Shown here: positions 38,915 through 51,590 of the stretch, one piece after another | Layout of the letters: each line of letters opens with the position of its first letter | Position numbering within the stretch: the stretch's first letter is position 1 | DNA from: Octopus sinensis | Lineage: Eukaryota | DNA length: 64,000 nt | NCBI RefSeq assembly: GCF_006345805.1 | Contig: NC_043007.1 | Coordinates: forward strand, 42,036,001-42,100,000 | Direction of reading: 5' to 3' | Notes under the pieces: model-generated | Seen by the model: only the letters and a program-made list of their open reading frames with translations | Databases searched by the model: none | Told to the model about the DNA's origin: nothing | Made by a program: the position numbers and the translations under genes

Positions 38915-41900
38915 TAAGGTATGAATATTTTTGACGGAAAATTTACAGTTTACGCGTAAAAAAAACACCATTCAAGCATGCTTGTTGCCAGTGCCATTGG
39001 ACTGGCTCCTGCGCAAGTGGCACGTAAAAAGCACCATTTGAGCATGGTCGAATTGAGTTTTGTCTGACTGGCCCTTGTGCCAGTGCCACGTAAAAGCACC
39101 CACTACACCCTTGGAGTGGTTAGCGTTAGGAAGGGCATCCAGCTATAGAAACTTTGTCAGATCAGATTGGACCCTGGTGCAGCCTTCAGGCTCGCCAGCC
39201 CTCAGTCCAACCCATGCCAGCATGGAAAGTGGATGTTAAACAACAATGACGATGATGATGATGAAGGAGTAAAATTCACAGTTTATAAAGAATAAAATAG
39301 AATAGATTAGTAAAATAGAAGAATAAAGAGTAAAAGTAGTTAGAAGAATATAGGCAGGAGAATAATGTTCACAACTCATCTTTTTCCAGAGGATATGGAC
39401 ATTGGTTGGTACTGCCATAAAGTGCCAACCAATAGATCTAGAATTACATTATCTAAAGTATTCCTTCTTTGTTTAAGACAGAGGTTATGATTGAAGGTAA
39501 ATTTACATCGCTATTTCTTACAAGTTAAATGACCACATTGAGACACTTATTTTTGGTTCATAGTAAAAAGGGTAAAGACCCCCTTCAGTCAAGAATGACC
39601 ATGGGATTGCACCTAGAAAGTTATCCTCAGAGGTACAAGTCCAGGCAAGGTTGTTTATGGAAGACCAGCAGTCACCCATGCATACTGGCCTCCCCTCTCC
39701 ATACCACCAATGTTATCCAAGAGAAAGGCAAAGGCCAATACAGCTTGGCACCAATGATGTCGCAACTTATTTCTATAGCTGAATGAACTGGAGCAACATG
39801 AAATAAAGTGTCTTACTCTAGAACACAATACACAGCCCAGTCCAGGAATCAAACTTACTACCTTGTGAGCTTGGCACAATAACCACTGAGTCATGTGCCT
39901 TCACACAGTATGCAACGGTATTCAATCTATGCTTGTTAAGGAACTCCTGTTCAGTTGATTAACCTGCTTGACCTAGTACCTCGATAAAATGACTTTAAAA
40001 TAGGGAATCATATGCTTTGGAGTCTATTTTTTTAAACCTGAATTTTATGCATGATGATTCTTCCACAAATCTGCATTCCTTTGGGATTTCCTTCTGTTCA
40101 TATTCCCTGGCTTATGTCTCTAGAAAAGGGTTCGAGTTAAACATTAAACATCTAAGCTTCAGTTTCCTTCATTGCTTAGTATAGCAAGGCCTTAATACAC
40201 AATTAGCTCATCAACAATTGCTTCTAATTTAGGCACAAGGCCAGATGAAGGGAGAGGTTAGTCAATATCATCGACCCCAATACATGAAAGGATGAAAAGC
40301 AAAGTTGACATCAACAAAATTTGAACTTAGCACACTAAGTCCTGGAAGAAGTACTACAAAGAATTTTGTCAAATGCTCTTATGGTTCTACCAATTCACCA
40401 CCCAGACTTGATACAAAGAGCACGCACACACACAGGGCTTACACATAAAACACACACACATACATACACACAACACGCGCGAACACAAACGCAGGCAACA
40501 GAATAAGCCTCTATGCAGTTGTTCGACTTGTTAAGTAGAAATATCAGCCAAATTCTCCTTCATTTCACAGCCTACCATTTTAAATAAAGAAATAATGTAT
40601 TGTATTGGATAAGTATAGCGGGAAAAAGGGCGAAGGTGTTATGTTATGGTTGTAATTCCTTCGATCGCAGGTCTTCTTAGTCAATGTCACCCTGGGGCTA
40701 AACAACATGACTTATGGAATGAGGTAAGAAACTCTACAAGATGTCACTCTACCTACTAAAAATATCAGCTAAATCTTCCTCAAATTACATTACTGGAAAA
40801 GGGATGAAACAGAATTAATAATGTACCGTATTATGCAAGAAATTTTAGACGAGATTGCAGGGCAAAAACTGTGGAGAAAGAAGCGCTCATTACATTCGAG
40901 GGTAAACAAGATTAGTGGATAATAAAACATATATTGCTGATCTTTAGGAACAAAGAAGGTGATCGCACTTAAGCAGAGATTGAGTAAATGTGGTAGTTCT
41001 AGATAGCCAATACCGAGCAGAAACAAGGGATAGTCATGACTGGAGCGCCTTTCGTTATTGGTTTATGTAATAATGCCTTACTCGGGTCTAAACAACAACA
41101 CATTACCAACATCCAGCTAACTAAATATCCGTTGCTATTATATAACCATTAACATCTCAATTTTTATAACAAACACACATACAGAAGAGCAGACCCCTTA
41201 TGAAATGGAGTGGGGTATGCCGTACCTGGACTCGACAGTTTCCTGGAATCTTGGAAAATGTTTGCAAAAATTGAATTCAAGCATTCACAGAAGGGAACTT
41301 GACTGAAAGAAACTTTGGATCTCCTCATAAAATTTTTGTCAGATACCCTAGAAAAGCAGGTTTTTGCCTATTAAACACACCCATTCCAACTAACTTTCCA
41401 ACTGAGAAGCGCTATACACACATACATCGGAAGGTGGACACAAACAAGTTTATGCGTCACATCTCGACTGGTATACTACCTCCAACTTCAGCCCATTTGC
41501 ACTGGCTTTTCTTCCGCATGTCACTCCCACGATGTTAAAATCCTCACTCCTTAAACCGTTTATTAAAAAACAAAATCACTCAGACTTTCCTTTCTAGAAA
41601 CGATTCACTTTGGAATTTGTTGGTTCACTTTGCCTCACCCCCCCCCCCAACACACACACTTCCTCGCCATTAAAACTAACCCGAAACAATTCAAAATATT
41701 ACTCATAATTTCACCATTCAGATGAAGGGAAAGGACTGGAAATGATACGAATACTGTTCCACTACCACTGCCCAACCCGTCCTCTGAGGAACCATTGAAA
41801 AAACGCTTGCCTTTCTTTTAGTCTTTCACACAGCTGAGTGTTCAAATATATGAATTCTTTTTCTTTTTTTTCATCTTTCATTTCCTTTCTCTTTCTTGCA

Positions 41901-42599
41901 TTCGCACATATACACACACACTACTTGATCAAACACATTTCTCACCTCTTATTTCATTCACTCTGCTGATCACACTCAGTAACTTCTCTCTCGTTTTCTC
42001 TTTCTTCCGCCCCCCCCCCACCATACTGGGTACATTTCATAAAACATGATTTCTCTCTCTTTCTCACGAATATAATTTATATTCATAACCATTGTCTTCC
42101 CTTTCTCTCTCACACACAAGGCAGGCATCATCTTTCGTATATAGATACGCTCTCCGACTTGTCTTCCCTTTTTCTCAGTTTCCCACACACGGATAGATGA
42201 ACTTTGTTGTTTTTGTTTATATACACACACACACACAAATACAAACAGAAACGCCTTCATTTACATACCTGCACACATTACTGGCATTCTCTCAGACACA
42301 GTTCCTTATGTTTCTTTCTCCCTACAGACAACAAACAAGCATAGATTTACATATACACATGCACACACACGAGACGATATGAGGAGCTGACAAAACTCAT
42401 TCAATGTAATGTATAACCACTTATTAGTGTCATGATAGTACTGCGACCGTCGACACTGCTGCTGTTATCTATCACATGCCGTATATACGTTTGTGTATGG
42501 TACTTAATGTATACAGTAGTTTGAAATACACACACCATACATGTTACGGAATACAGCAAACAAATAATTACTTCCCAAGCGCGCTTCTTTTCGTGAGAG

Positions 42600-42660
42600 C
42601 AAAAGCAGCTTTGTGTTGTTTACTTCCGGAAACAGTTCTAGTTTTGTGGAAGCATGACAA
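42600..42660. promoter_or_regulatory. Candidate promoter with ETS/GABP site
   Basis: ACTTCCGGAA at 42622-42631 in CpG-retaining unique sequence, just upstream of an ATG and a gtaagt donor. Confidence 0.35.
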
Positions 42661-42861
42661 GAGATTATTATAAACTACGGAACATCGAAAGTGTAGCTTC
42701 GGTGTAAGTTATTTGTGCTTGTGCAGCGGTAAAGACAAAAAAAGAGGATGAAAGAAAAGAAAAAAAGAAGAGATGATAGTGTGGTGGATTTTTCGAATTT
42801 ATTTCTTCTTTAGTCTTAGTAGACAGGAACAGCACCCTTGGACTGCTTATCTCCTGAGAAG
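42654..42861 (+). CDS. Candidate first two exons (42654-42703 and 42820-42861) of an unidentified gene, MTRDYYKLRNIESVASVRQEQHPWTAYLLR
   Basis: ATG, gtaagt donor, pyrimidine-rich tcttag acceptor and AG|gtactg donor; phases are compatible. No family recognised. Confidence 0.3.
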
Positions 42862-43319
42862 GTACTGGAAGGGCTAGTAAAGGTTCGAGAATTTCATAAA
42901 TAAGTAGAACTGATTGGGTATAGGCTGATTCATAGTTGATGACAAGGTTTCGAAACGACAATTTTTACTTGAAGAGACATATCTTCAGTGGATGCTGCTA
43001 ATACACTCCTACACTACTTCTATCTGTTTCAGTTTTAACACTGTTGATTAGCACAATATACTGTTATTTAGACATATTGCATATATTTTTATAGAATGAT
43101 ATTCGAACCTGCCCTTATTTTAATGTCCAACAACACTCTTTATAGTGTGTATTTCATGCACCTCTTGTGATATAGTGGTGTTGCATAATATTGTACACTG
43201 TACAATGTCGGTATTAAAAATGTGTAATACATGAATTTTTATTCAAGAGAATCTGTGGGTACACTTCTACCCTAATTTTCGTCTATTTCTTATTTTCCTC
43301 AGTATACACACAAACGCAC

Positions 43320-43320
43320 G

Positions 43321-43372
<52 letters not shown>

Positions 43373-43723
43373 TACATACATACACGCGCGCATTTAAATC
43401 AAAGGAAATGTATCTGATTGAAACGATGGTATTATATTTTAATGTCCAACACTTTTTTTTCAATACAACGCTACGTAATTCTGGAAAAGTGAGACAAATT
43501 CTCGATCATATGAATTGGATAGTTCTGTAAATTTAGATATTTACAAAAGTAGGAGAAGGTATTAAGTTTTGTTTTATTGAAGTATCTTGTGTCTGAGTAT
43601 GCATGTATAAACTTATACATAACACGCACGCACACATACAAACTTACATACATACATACATACATACATCATACATACATACATACATACATACATACAT
43701 ACATACAAACAAACTTCATACAT

Positions 43724-43766
<43 letters not shown>

Positions 43767-43830
43767 TGCATACATACATACATACATACATACATACATA
43801 CATACAAACAAACTTCATACATACATGCAT
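43320..43830. repeat. (CA)n/(CATA)n microsatellite complex
   Basis: Read directly; includes a repeated ACAAACAAACTTCATAC interruption. Confidence 0.95.
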
Positions 43831-43910
43831 GTTGACTGCAGGAACAAAAATAGAATATTCGGTGCATGTGTGCGCGCGCGTGTGTAATACAGTTCAATAT
43901 TTATATATAA

Positions 43911-43963
43911 TTGTAACTGAGTTTCGTGCCTTATTAGATAATTCATTAAGCAACATCAGACAA
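43911..43963 (-). ncRNA. Degenerate hammerhead motif downstream of the Penelope-like relic
   Basis: UUGU-CUGAUG(A9 missing)-UUGC...GGCAC-GAAAC-UCA-GUU-ACAA. Confidence 0.45.
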
Positions 43964-44466
43964 ATAATTGGCTTAACTAACATATCTTGAAATATTCATG
44001 ATATACAAAGCATCCCTTCAGGTGTGCTGAGAAGAAAGTGTTATAAGGGGCAGAACTTATAACATGGGTTGTTTATCCTTGGGTAGAAAAATTTAAAGAT
44101 ATGAAAATAGTAGCGGTTAAACATGAGGGTTGTAAAAAAAAAGAAGAGAAAATAAAGGGGGAAAAGAAGAGGAGTACAAATAAAAGAAGAGAAAAAAATA
44201 AAGACTAACAAACGTGAATTGAGTTCAGGAATGGTATAGGGATCCAGTAAAGTTGAAATTATTTCAGTAATATTAAGTAATAAAGTATATATGCCCGCAT
44301 ACGTATATATATATTACACACATACCATATATGTTGACGTTATTAGATCCAGTGCATATAGAAGATTCACGGATATTAAATCAGAATGGTAAAAATTCGT
44401 TTAGTTATGTAGAAAGAAAAAGGCATAAATTGAAAAATGTGTGTATATTTAGTTTAGTACCATTTA

Positions 44467-44750
44467 GTCAGATAATGACTACGAATTCCAGTTTTCTTGG
44501 TAAATGCTTGCCAAAGTGGCGGCATTTTGTAAACATCTCATATCTTGTGTTCAGGTAATTAGCAGCATGATTACGTTTTTTAAGTATTAGGCTCTTTTCA
44601 TACATCACATCTTTGAATATATATATATATCGTATCTTTTATTCTCGTTCTTAATATGGCCTTATAGAGGATTGAAATTAGTAGTGTACTCTTTCAGGCG
44701 TGAAATGTAATTCATCAATTACTGTTAGATTGCTTTCTTCATGTCAGAAG

Positions 44751-44785
<35 letters not shown>

Positions 44786-45420
44786 TAAAGTATCATTGTT
44801 TAAATTTATTTTGTCATACTCATGTAGTGTTTATGAACCACATCAATGCTTAGTGCAATGGAGATGGCTTCCGCTTCAGCATCATATGGCTAATTAAGTG
44901 GGCATGTATTAGTTTTCTGCATGAACAGTTAACGTCAGTTAATTTCGAAGATTTATAAGCTATTAGATTCTTTATATTGATAGTACATCTACTGAGTTTA
45001 AGATTGTTCCTATTAATAATTTTGTGTATTTATGGTTAACAGGGTAATGCTTATCAATCATGGCTAAAGTACTCTTAGCAATATAGAATTTAACTTTAAC
45101 GAAAAAGGAGATATAAATCAAAGGATCCAATAGCGTCCCTTCTTAATTTGGGATTGTGGAGGTTTGGAGTGTAAAAAATTGTGTCTGAGTCCACTAGATT
45201 TTAGTGCTTTGATGTAGCAAGTGATTGTCTTGTTGTAGATAGTCTTATTCAATAACATATAAGATATTTTCTTTTTCTCCCACCCATTATCCACTACTAT
45301 TTTCGTATTTCTCAAATTTCGTAAGTGTTGTGCCTTATAACGTTTCCTTTCTAGCATGCATCAATATTCACATGTACTGGTTAAGGTAATTTGTCTGATA
45401 GTTGTGTAAATCACTCTATC
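44467..45420 (-). mobile_element. Penelope-like element (Naiad-type) RT thumb and GIY-YIG relic
   Basis: Minus-strand frames give YIKALKSSG, MIDKHYPVNHK..LNRNNLKLS, NCSCRK/TNTCPLN, YISRLKE and LNTRYEMFTKCRHFGK, in the order expected for Naiad-type PLE ORFs; heavily decayed. Confidence 0.7.
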
Positions 45421-45439
45421 ATGAAACTCGGAGTTACAA

Positions 45440-45840
45440 TGTATGTTCTATAATGGGCTGTGTTGCCTAAAATAACGTCGAATATGATTGGTTGGTCACT
45501 GCAAAATAATGGTCGCTATAATATTGAATGCACGTTAGGTTATAAGACGGGTAGCTTTCCAGACTTCCCTGAATCTGTCCTACTTAGTTCCGAACTACTG
45601 CTAGAGAAAACTTCGCCCTCTAAAAAACAACCATACCAAATATTGCAATGAAAGCTTCTCTGCGTGACGTTCGACATACAAGAAGTAGCAGTAAAATCTC
45701 CTTCAAATCACACCAAATAGTCTTTAAAAAACGGGACGACATATTGAATAGTGTCGTTTTAGATACTCTGTCTGTAAAAGAGATGGTGGTCACAGTTGGA
45801 ACATTTTTGATCAAAAGAGTGTTGGAGGAGGATTAACATT
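45440..45840 (+). mobile_element. Probable inverted RT-palm segment of the same PLE
   Basis: HTRSS..ISF..QIVFKK-x16-E-x4-VGTF keeps the spacing of the Naiad-type H.RKSLLF..WIKK-x16-E-x4-VG.F pattern (recalled); low identity. Confidence 0.4.
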
Positions 45841-47384
45841 AGGTTAAATAAAAATAATTTCGCTATTGTTGTCTTCATCATCATCCGGTCGGACGACTTG
45901 CCAGGATGAATGCAACACTTCCACACTAGATCTCCTGATCGAGTGATGTAGCATCAATATCTGCTTTAGATACATTGGTCTTTCGCTAGCTGAAATATCT
46001 CATCTGCTTTACATCATGAGACTACTGTTGATATTATGAGTTTGCTAACTGAAATGGTTGATCCTGGCCGTTGACAGTCCGTTGTCTGTTCATTCGCTCT
46101 AATGATATTCGTCATTGATTCAAAAAGTTCATCTGCTGAAGTAGTTCACATACACCATGCTGCATCTCATTATTTCTGCGTACCCTGGGTCGAGTGGCTA
46201 CATGCTATTTAATCCCTAGCTGGGACCCTGACAGAGGCTGCTATTCCTAGTCAGAGTAGACCTGGGATCAATAGTAGCTAAGAGTTGGTCCCACATTCAT
46301 CAAAACCTTGAAACTCCCTAACCAAGGCCCCATTACTAGATGCTGTTTAAAGTAATACTATCTGTTGTAATCATTGCCAACATCCACCAAGTGTTACCGT
46401 CGTGCTAACAAACATTCTTATAGCACAACTAAGAACAGCCATTAGTCTTCTTGTCTGATATATATGTTCAATTTAAATCACGCCTTTATGGATTTGTCGG
46501 ATATAACCAAGTATGAGTAGCTTATGATGACTGAGTAGCATGTACTTTGTGGTGGTTTGTTATGGAGAAGACATCAGTGCCTTATACTTTATCTCACCAG
46601 AAAGTGTAGAAGACCCAATGAAGACAGGGCGTGTGAAAGTGTTCATTTCTGCTCACCTTGTATACATTGTCTATGTTTGACTTCCATACAAAAGTTCTCA
46701 AAGTAAATAAAATAGATTGTTACCGTGAGGAAGAGAAGCCTACCGTTTCAGAGAGAGCCCTTCGACGGAAGGAAGTGAAACTATCACACTTTGCGATTTT
46801 CTTTTTTTTTTTTTTTTACTATTTGCAGGTGAAAATTGTCACTAACTTTCTCGTATTCTTCTGTTGCTTTTTTAAACCCTGGGTCATCACTGGATGAGCG
46901 GATGAACGGACCTATGATCAAAATTAATCTACCTTTGAGTTTTTTCTTTCTTTTTTCAAACATCCTGTATCTAGAACTTCATTTCTTTTAGTGATTTGGT
47001 CTTGGAGAAAGGACTGTACTCATGGCCTTCACAATCCTCCAAGATAGATGAGATTGATCTTGTTCACCATAATGTTTTAGCTGCTAGGGTGTAATTCGAG
47101 GGAGAGCTGATTTCTATTTCTAGTAAGTTGAGCGAACAAGGGAGCTTCTACACTTAAGTCCTACAAAAGTTGTCAATCTTTCCTCAAATCACACCATACC
47201 GACTGTGTTTAAAATGAAATGAAACAATGGGCAAAATAGTCCTAGATATACAAAAGACAGAGTGTTCATGGATTACGCCAGACCAGAAGCTAATCAACAA
47301 ATAGCTACCACGTCGAGGCTCCGTTGTTGGTTCTTTGAAACACAGTAGGGTCTCACATATAGTTTTATATTTAAGAGATGAGGA

Positions 47385-47616
47385 ACTATGTGCATTATTT
47401 ACAATCAACGGATATTTGTCCTCATCTCGTTTGTTGTTAACACGTTTCGGCTGATATACCCTCCAGCCTTCTTCAGGTATCTTGGGGAAATTTCGAACCT
47501 GAGTTCTCATTCTTAAGGTATTTTTCGATGTTATCATCATCATTATCATTATTATTCCCCAAGACACCTGAACAATAATAGTAATAATAATATTATTATT
47601 TACATTAATAATAATG

Positions 47617-47667
<51 letters not shown>

Positions 47668-47702
47668 TCGAAAAATACCTTAGGAACGAGAACCCAGGTT
47701 CT
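47385..47702 (-). mobile_element. Third copy of the hammerhead-SINE body, with an inverted partial copy
   Basis: Motif at 47439-47481 (GATAC-CTGAAGA...CAGCC-GAAAC-GTGTT, 3 nt missing at the cleavage site). Opposite-orientation fragments at about 47555-47575 and 47668-47702. Confidence 0.75.
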
Positions 47703-47999
47703 CTTAACGTAATTCTCAGGGAGATACACTGAAACACAGAATGTGAGTAGGCTGATCCTTTGAAATACAGGTAGTATTCGTTTTTGCCAGCTGAGTGTAC
47801 TGGAACAACATGAAATAAAGTGTCTTGCTCAAAGACACAATGTCTCGCCAGGTATCGATCTCATGACCCTACAATCATGAGCTGAAGACTCCTGGTTACT
47901 AAGCCACACGCTTTCACATGTAATTTAATAGGTAACCTTTTTGAACAATGTGTATTATTTGACGCAGTTTTTAAATAGAAATTCTACAATTAATTCTTA

Positions 48000-49100
48000 T
48001 GAGATTTTAGCTGGTGAATGATATGTTGCGAAGATACTATGTAATATCACGTCGGGGTCACCAATTTTAGCTGGAAGGTTGTTCTCTGGCCCTTTTAATA
48101 CAAATTCTTGCTTTGTATATAAAATTATGGAAATAATACCAAAAGTCAGCTTTTGATTAACAAGCTAAATAAAATTATACTACGAACCAGATAATACATC
48201 ACGAAGAAAATTTGAACTGTAGAAAATCATCCATAGTTGGCTCTTCAGCTCAGTCAAACTTGGTTACACATCCTTGAACAGGAACAAAAATAATGTGACG
48301 TGGCTTCCTGAAAACAACCTCTCCTTGCTCTCACTGGTGAAAATGAAAAACCTCATGCTATTTAATAACAAAAACTGGCTCAAACCAACATTCTAAATTT
48401 GTCGCGTCTGGTGGTCTATTGTGCAATGCGATTGGATATACTCTTCGTATCCCGCGTAAAACTAGACCAATCCAAATCGACAAAATATTTCAGCAAACTC
48501 CACAAAGTATTTCAGCATTACATAACTGGTCACTTGACTAATCATTGGAGACCCACGCCTGGAGCCAATTTCCGAGTACTTAAGTCTAATCATGCAATTA
48601 TAAAATTAGTCTCACTACAAGATCTTGACAATTCCAAAGTGACCCAAACATTTTAAGGAATGGCGTCAAGGATTGATAGAATTCATCCTTCACTTCAGAC
48701 ATGACAGATAAGATAGTAACATTTACACTGATAAATCTGACTGGACCTTCAGAGGTATAGATACAGCGAATAAGTTGTGTTCAGATCTGTTGTCTTCTAG
48801 TTTGATCATTTTTCAGCGAGAAGTTGTTAATTATAAATCCGATGCAATTGAGATTTTCCCCTTGCAAAAAGGTGTAGCCCTTTGTCTTCGGTGTACACAC
48901 ACCTGATAAACGTTTTTCTTCAGAGTGGCTACTTATACTATGAGTTGCAAAATACTGTTCTTGATAACTTTCTTTTAAGAAAAGAACACAATCCAAGGAA
49001 AGCGATGGTGATATGCATCAGCAAAAATTATGCAGTGAAGTTCGTGAGTTAGATTACTATCTTAAAACTGTAAATTGAAAACAAAAAGGTCCTTTTTTCT
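48000..49100 (-). mobile_element. Highly decayed CR1/L2-like RT relic
   Basis: Minus strand GNWLQ..VSND*SSDQ...PIALHNRPPDATNL resembles the CR1/L2 RT region before the ADD motif; boundaries approximate. Confidence 0.4.
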
Positions 49101-49207
49101 TGCAGATTAAACGATAAATTACTTTTCTACACATGATATACGAACTCACGAACTTTCGTTTGTTCGCTGATGTCGCTGGCTTTTCAGTGAATGCGGTCAG
49201 CAATGTA

Positions 49208-49452
49208 TTGGGTTGTCCGGAAAGTTCGTGCCGATTTTTAAAGGAAAGAAAAAGGTCCATAAATACTTGCCATTACATTTTCAATCAACCAAATATGAAC
49301 CATTTTGTTGCACAATGCGTCTCCATATTTCCTTTAACTTGAAAATACCCTCTCTCAGAATTGAGGTGGTTTCATGGCAAAGAATTCATCAAGGTATCTT
49401 TTTACGCCATCCAAGGAATTGAAATTTTTACCATTAAGACTATTATTCCACA
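49208..49452 (-). mobile_element. mariner 3' fragment with one TIR
   Basis: NSLNGKNFNSLDGVKRYLDEFF...RRIVQQNGSYLVD*, followed by TIR TTGGGTTGTCCGGAAAG with flanking TA. Confidence 0.85.
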
Positions 49453-51359
49453 ATTTCTCGTGTAGAATTGCAATAACTGACAGATACAGATAGTGAATTG
49501 GATAGAGCACTACTCAGAGATCTTCATCAGAAGAAACACTGTCATTACTCAAGGCCTTGAATGAGTCAAATGCCTTCTCATCATGGTTGAGGTAGATTCA
49601 GAGCAAATGATAGCTGAACTCAAGAAATACTTTGACAGCTTGTCTTCTGTAACGGCTTGTTTAAATGCCACTATGATGTCCTTTGATAAAGCTAGAGAGA
49701 AGTATGGTGTTAAATGACACAAGATATGCTAAAAGTATTTTTATAAAAATACGGGTGTCAGTAGTTAATGCAGTGGGTACAGGAGTGTCTCTCTATCTTC
49801 GGCAGACATTTCGCACATGTCTTGAACGTTCGTCACCAAATGGTGTTGAAACATGTCTCCAATGAATACAAGCTGCAGCTCTCGTGGTAATAAATTATTG
49901 TTAAACATAATTTTCGACCGTAGAAATGTAGGAAGTGAAAGGTCCCCACCCACCAAAAAGTCGCTTTTGTTGACCCCCATCAAAGAATTTAAATTGGTTT
50001 GCAGAGATGGTCTTATAGAAGGATAGGTTGTGGAACCATCTAATGTGACTCTACTAAGAAGGCTGTACTATCAATTGACAGGTACATGGTATAAAGAAAT
50101 ACACGGAACAAGGTGGTAACTTTAAATGTCTTTAATGCCGGCCACACATGTGTATACACAAGTCGAATGATAAATGGAAGTGGTTGATGGACATTTATTC
50201 ATATATCTACATGCATCTTCGTGGATTGTATGTTTGCTGTTTACCCTGGTGAGGAAGCTCACGAACAGCGATATGTTAGAACCTGTGCAGTGTTGTCGGT
50301 GCTGTGTAGAGACGTTGTTGACGACGTTGGTGAAAGACATGATTGTGGCGACGAAGATGGAGGTCACTGTAATGTGGTCAGTGGTTAGACTTTAGAAGGT
50401 ATGAAACCAACAGACCCCATGACTAGGAGGAGGTGAGTTTTTATAGGTAACAGTAGTCTCAAATGGAGTTTAGAACAGACTGTCTCATGTGATTTATTTG
50501 GAGGCTGCAATTGATTAGGTTGTATATTGGCGCGCGATAGAGTAAGAGACAAATTACACTAATACCAACCAATCAGAGTGGTAGACACGACGAGGTCCAA
50601 AACAGCGTCCAAATGTTAGCTGTTACCTGCAACGTTTGTATGTTTATATATATATAATAGAGAGAGGAAGTTCACTAGAGTTTGCTACAGTCTTTTGAGG
50701 ATTGTTTCTGCTCAAAGTTATACAGATTAAATGGATCTTTCTAAGAGGGTATGAAAGTGATAGTCCCAAGAAAGTCACTGCGCGTTCGCTCGAATTCTTA
50801 GAAATAGTTGCTAAATCTCTTCCAGATTACAACTTATCGTCTTGACTAAGAAAAGACGCATTTAATATTGCAGTCTTGCATACTACCAAAAGGACTGAGT
50901 AGTCATGACTGCAATGCTTTTAATCATAGTTATACTCTCTCAGACCTCACATGGACATAAACAGCAATAACGATAACAACAAAAATGGCAGCTCACACGA
51001 ACATTTTGCAACTGTAGTTGCGCAAGCGTAAACGCACAAAATAACAACACACATATACTACTTCTTGTTTCAGGACTGCAACCATGTTGGTAAACCATTT
51101 TCAAGGTTTTGTAGACAATCAGCCCACAACGTTGTCTGAAATATTTTATCCAAAAAGAGAAAAAGTAAAGTTGACTTCAGTGTAGTGGGACAAAAGCTTG
51201 AATCTATACACGTCTTATGTACATCTGGTTCAGTTTTTATCTGTTAGCTTTTACTCACAAGCCTGTCATTTGGTTAAAATGTTTGTTTCATAAACCGGAG
51301 ACTACAAAACGAACTTTATAACTACATGACCATATCCGTACCTATTTATTAATCTAATC

Positions 51360-51590
51360 CAATGGTTCCCAAACTTTTCCGGGCTACCGCCCCTTGACAC
51401 CCAGGCCACGTTCCTAGTGCTCCCAACCCAACAAACCATCACATAGATAGACCACTTTCTGAAGCAAATTCGAAGCAATTGTTTTTTGCAACGTTATTTT
51501 GTTGTTTTTACATGAATCGTGACCCCATTATCGCCCCACTTTTCTTCACCGGCCGGGGGGGAGGGATACCGTCCACTGTGGGAGCCACTG
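51360..51590. mobile_element. hAT/Charlie-type MITE
   Basis: CAATGGTTCCCAAAC ... GTGGGAGCCACTG termini. Confidence 0.6.

Noticed and set aside
40790-41026. 78-aa hydrophobic minus-strand ORF
   Set aside because: It lies inside a recurrent dispersed repeat ending in ...aaacaacaac that is seen about ten times in the window.
41228-41349. Possible minus-strand exon (ttttctag ... CCAG|gtac)
   Set aside because: One frame is open but it has no phase-compatible partner or recognisable product; it may be UTR or chance.
42668-42961. 97-aa minus-strand ORF
   Set aside because: No recognisable domain; it is the antisense of a purine-rich tract and of the better-supported plus-strand candidate exons.
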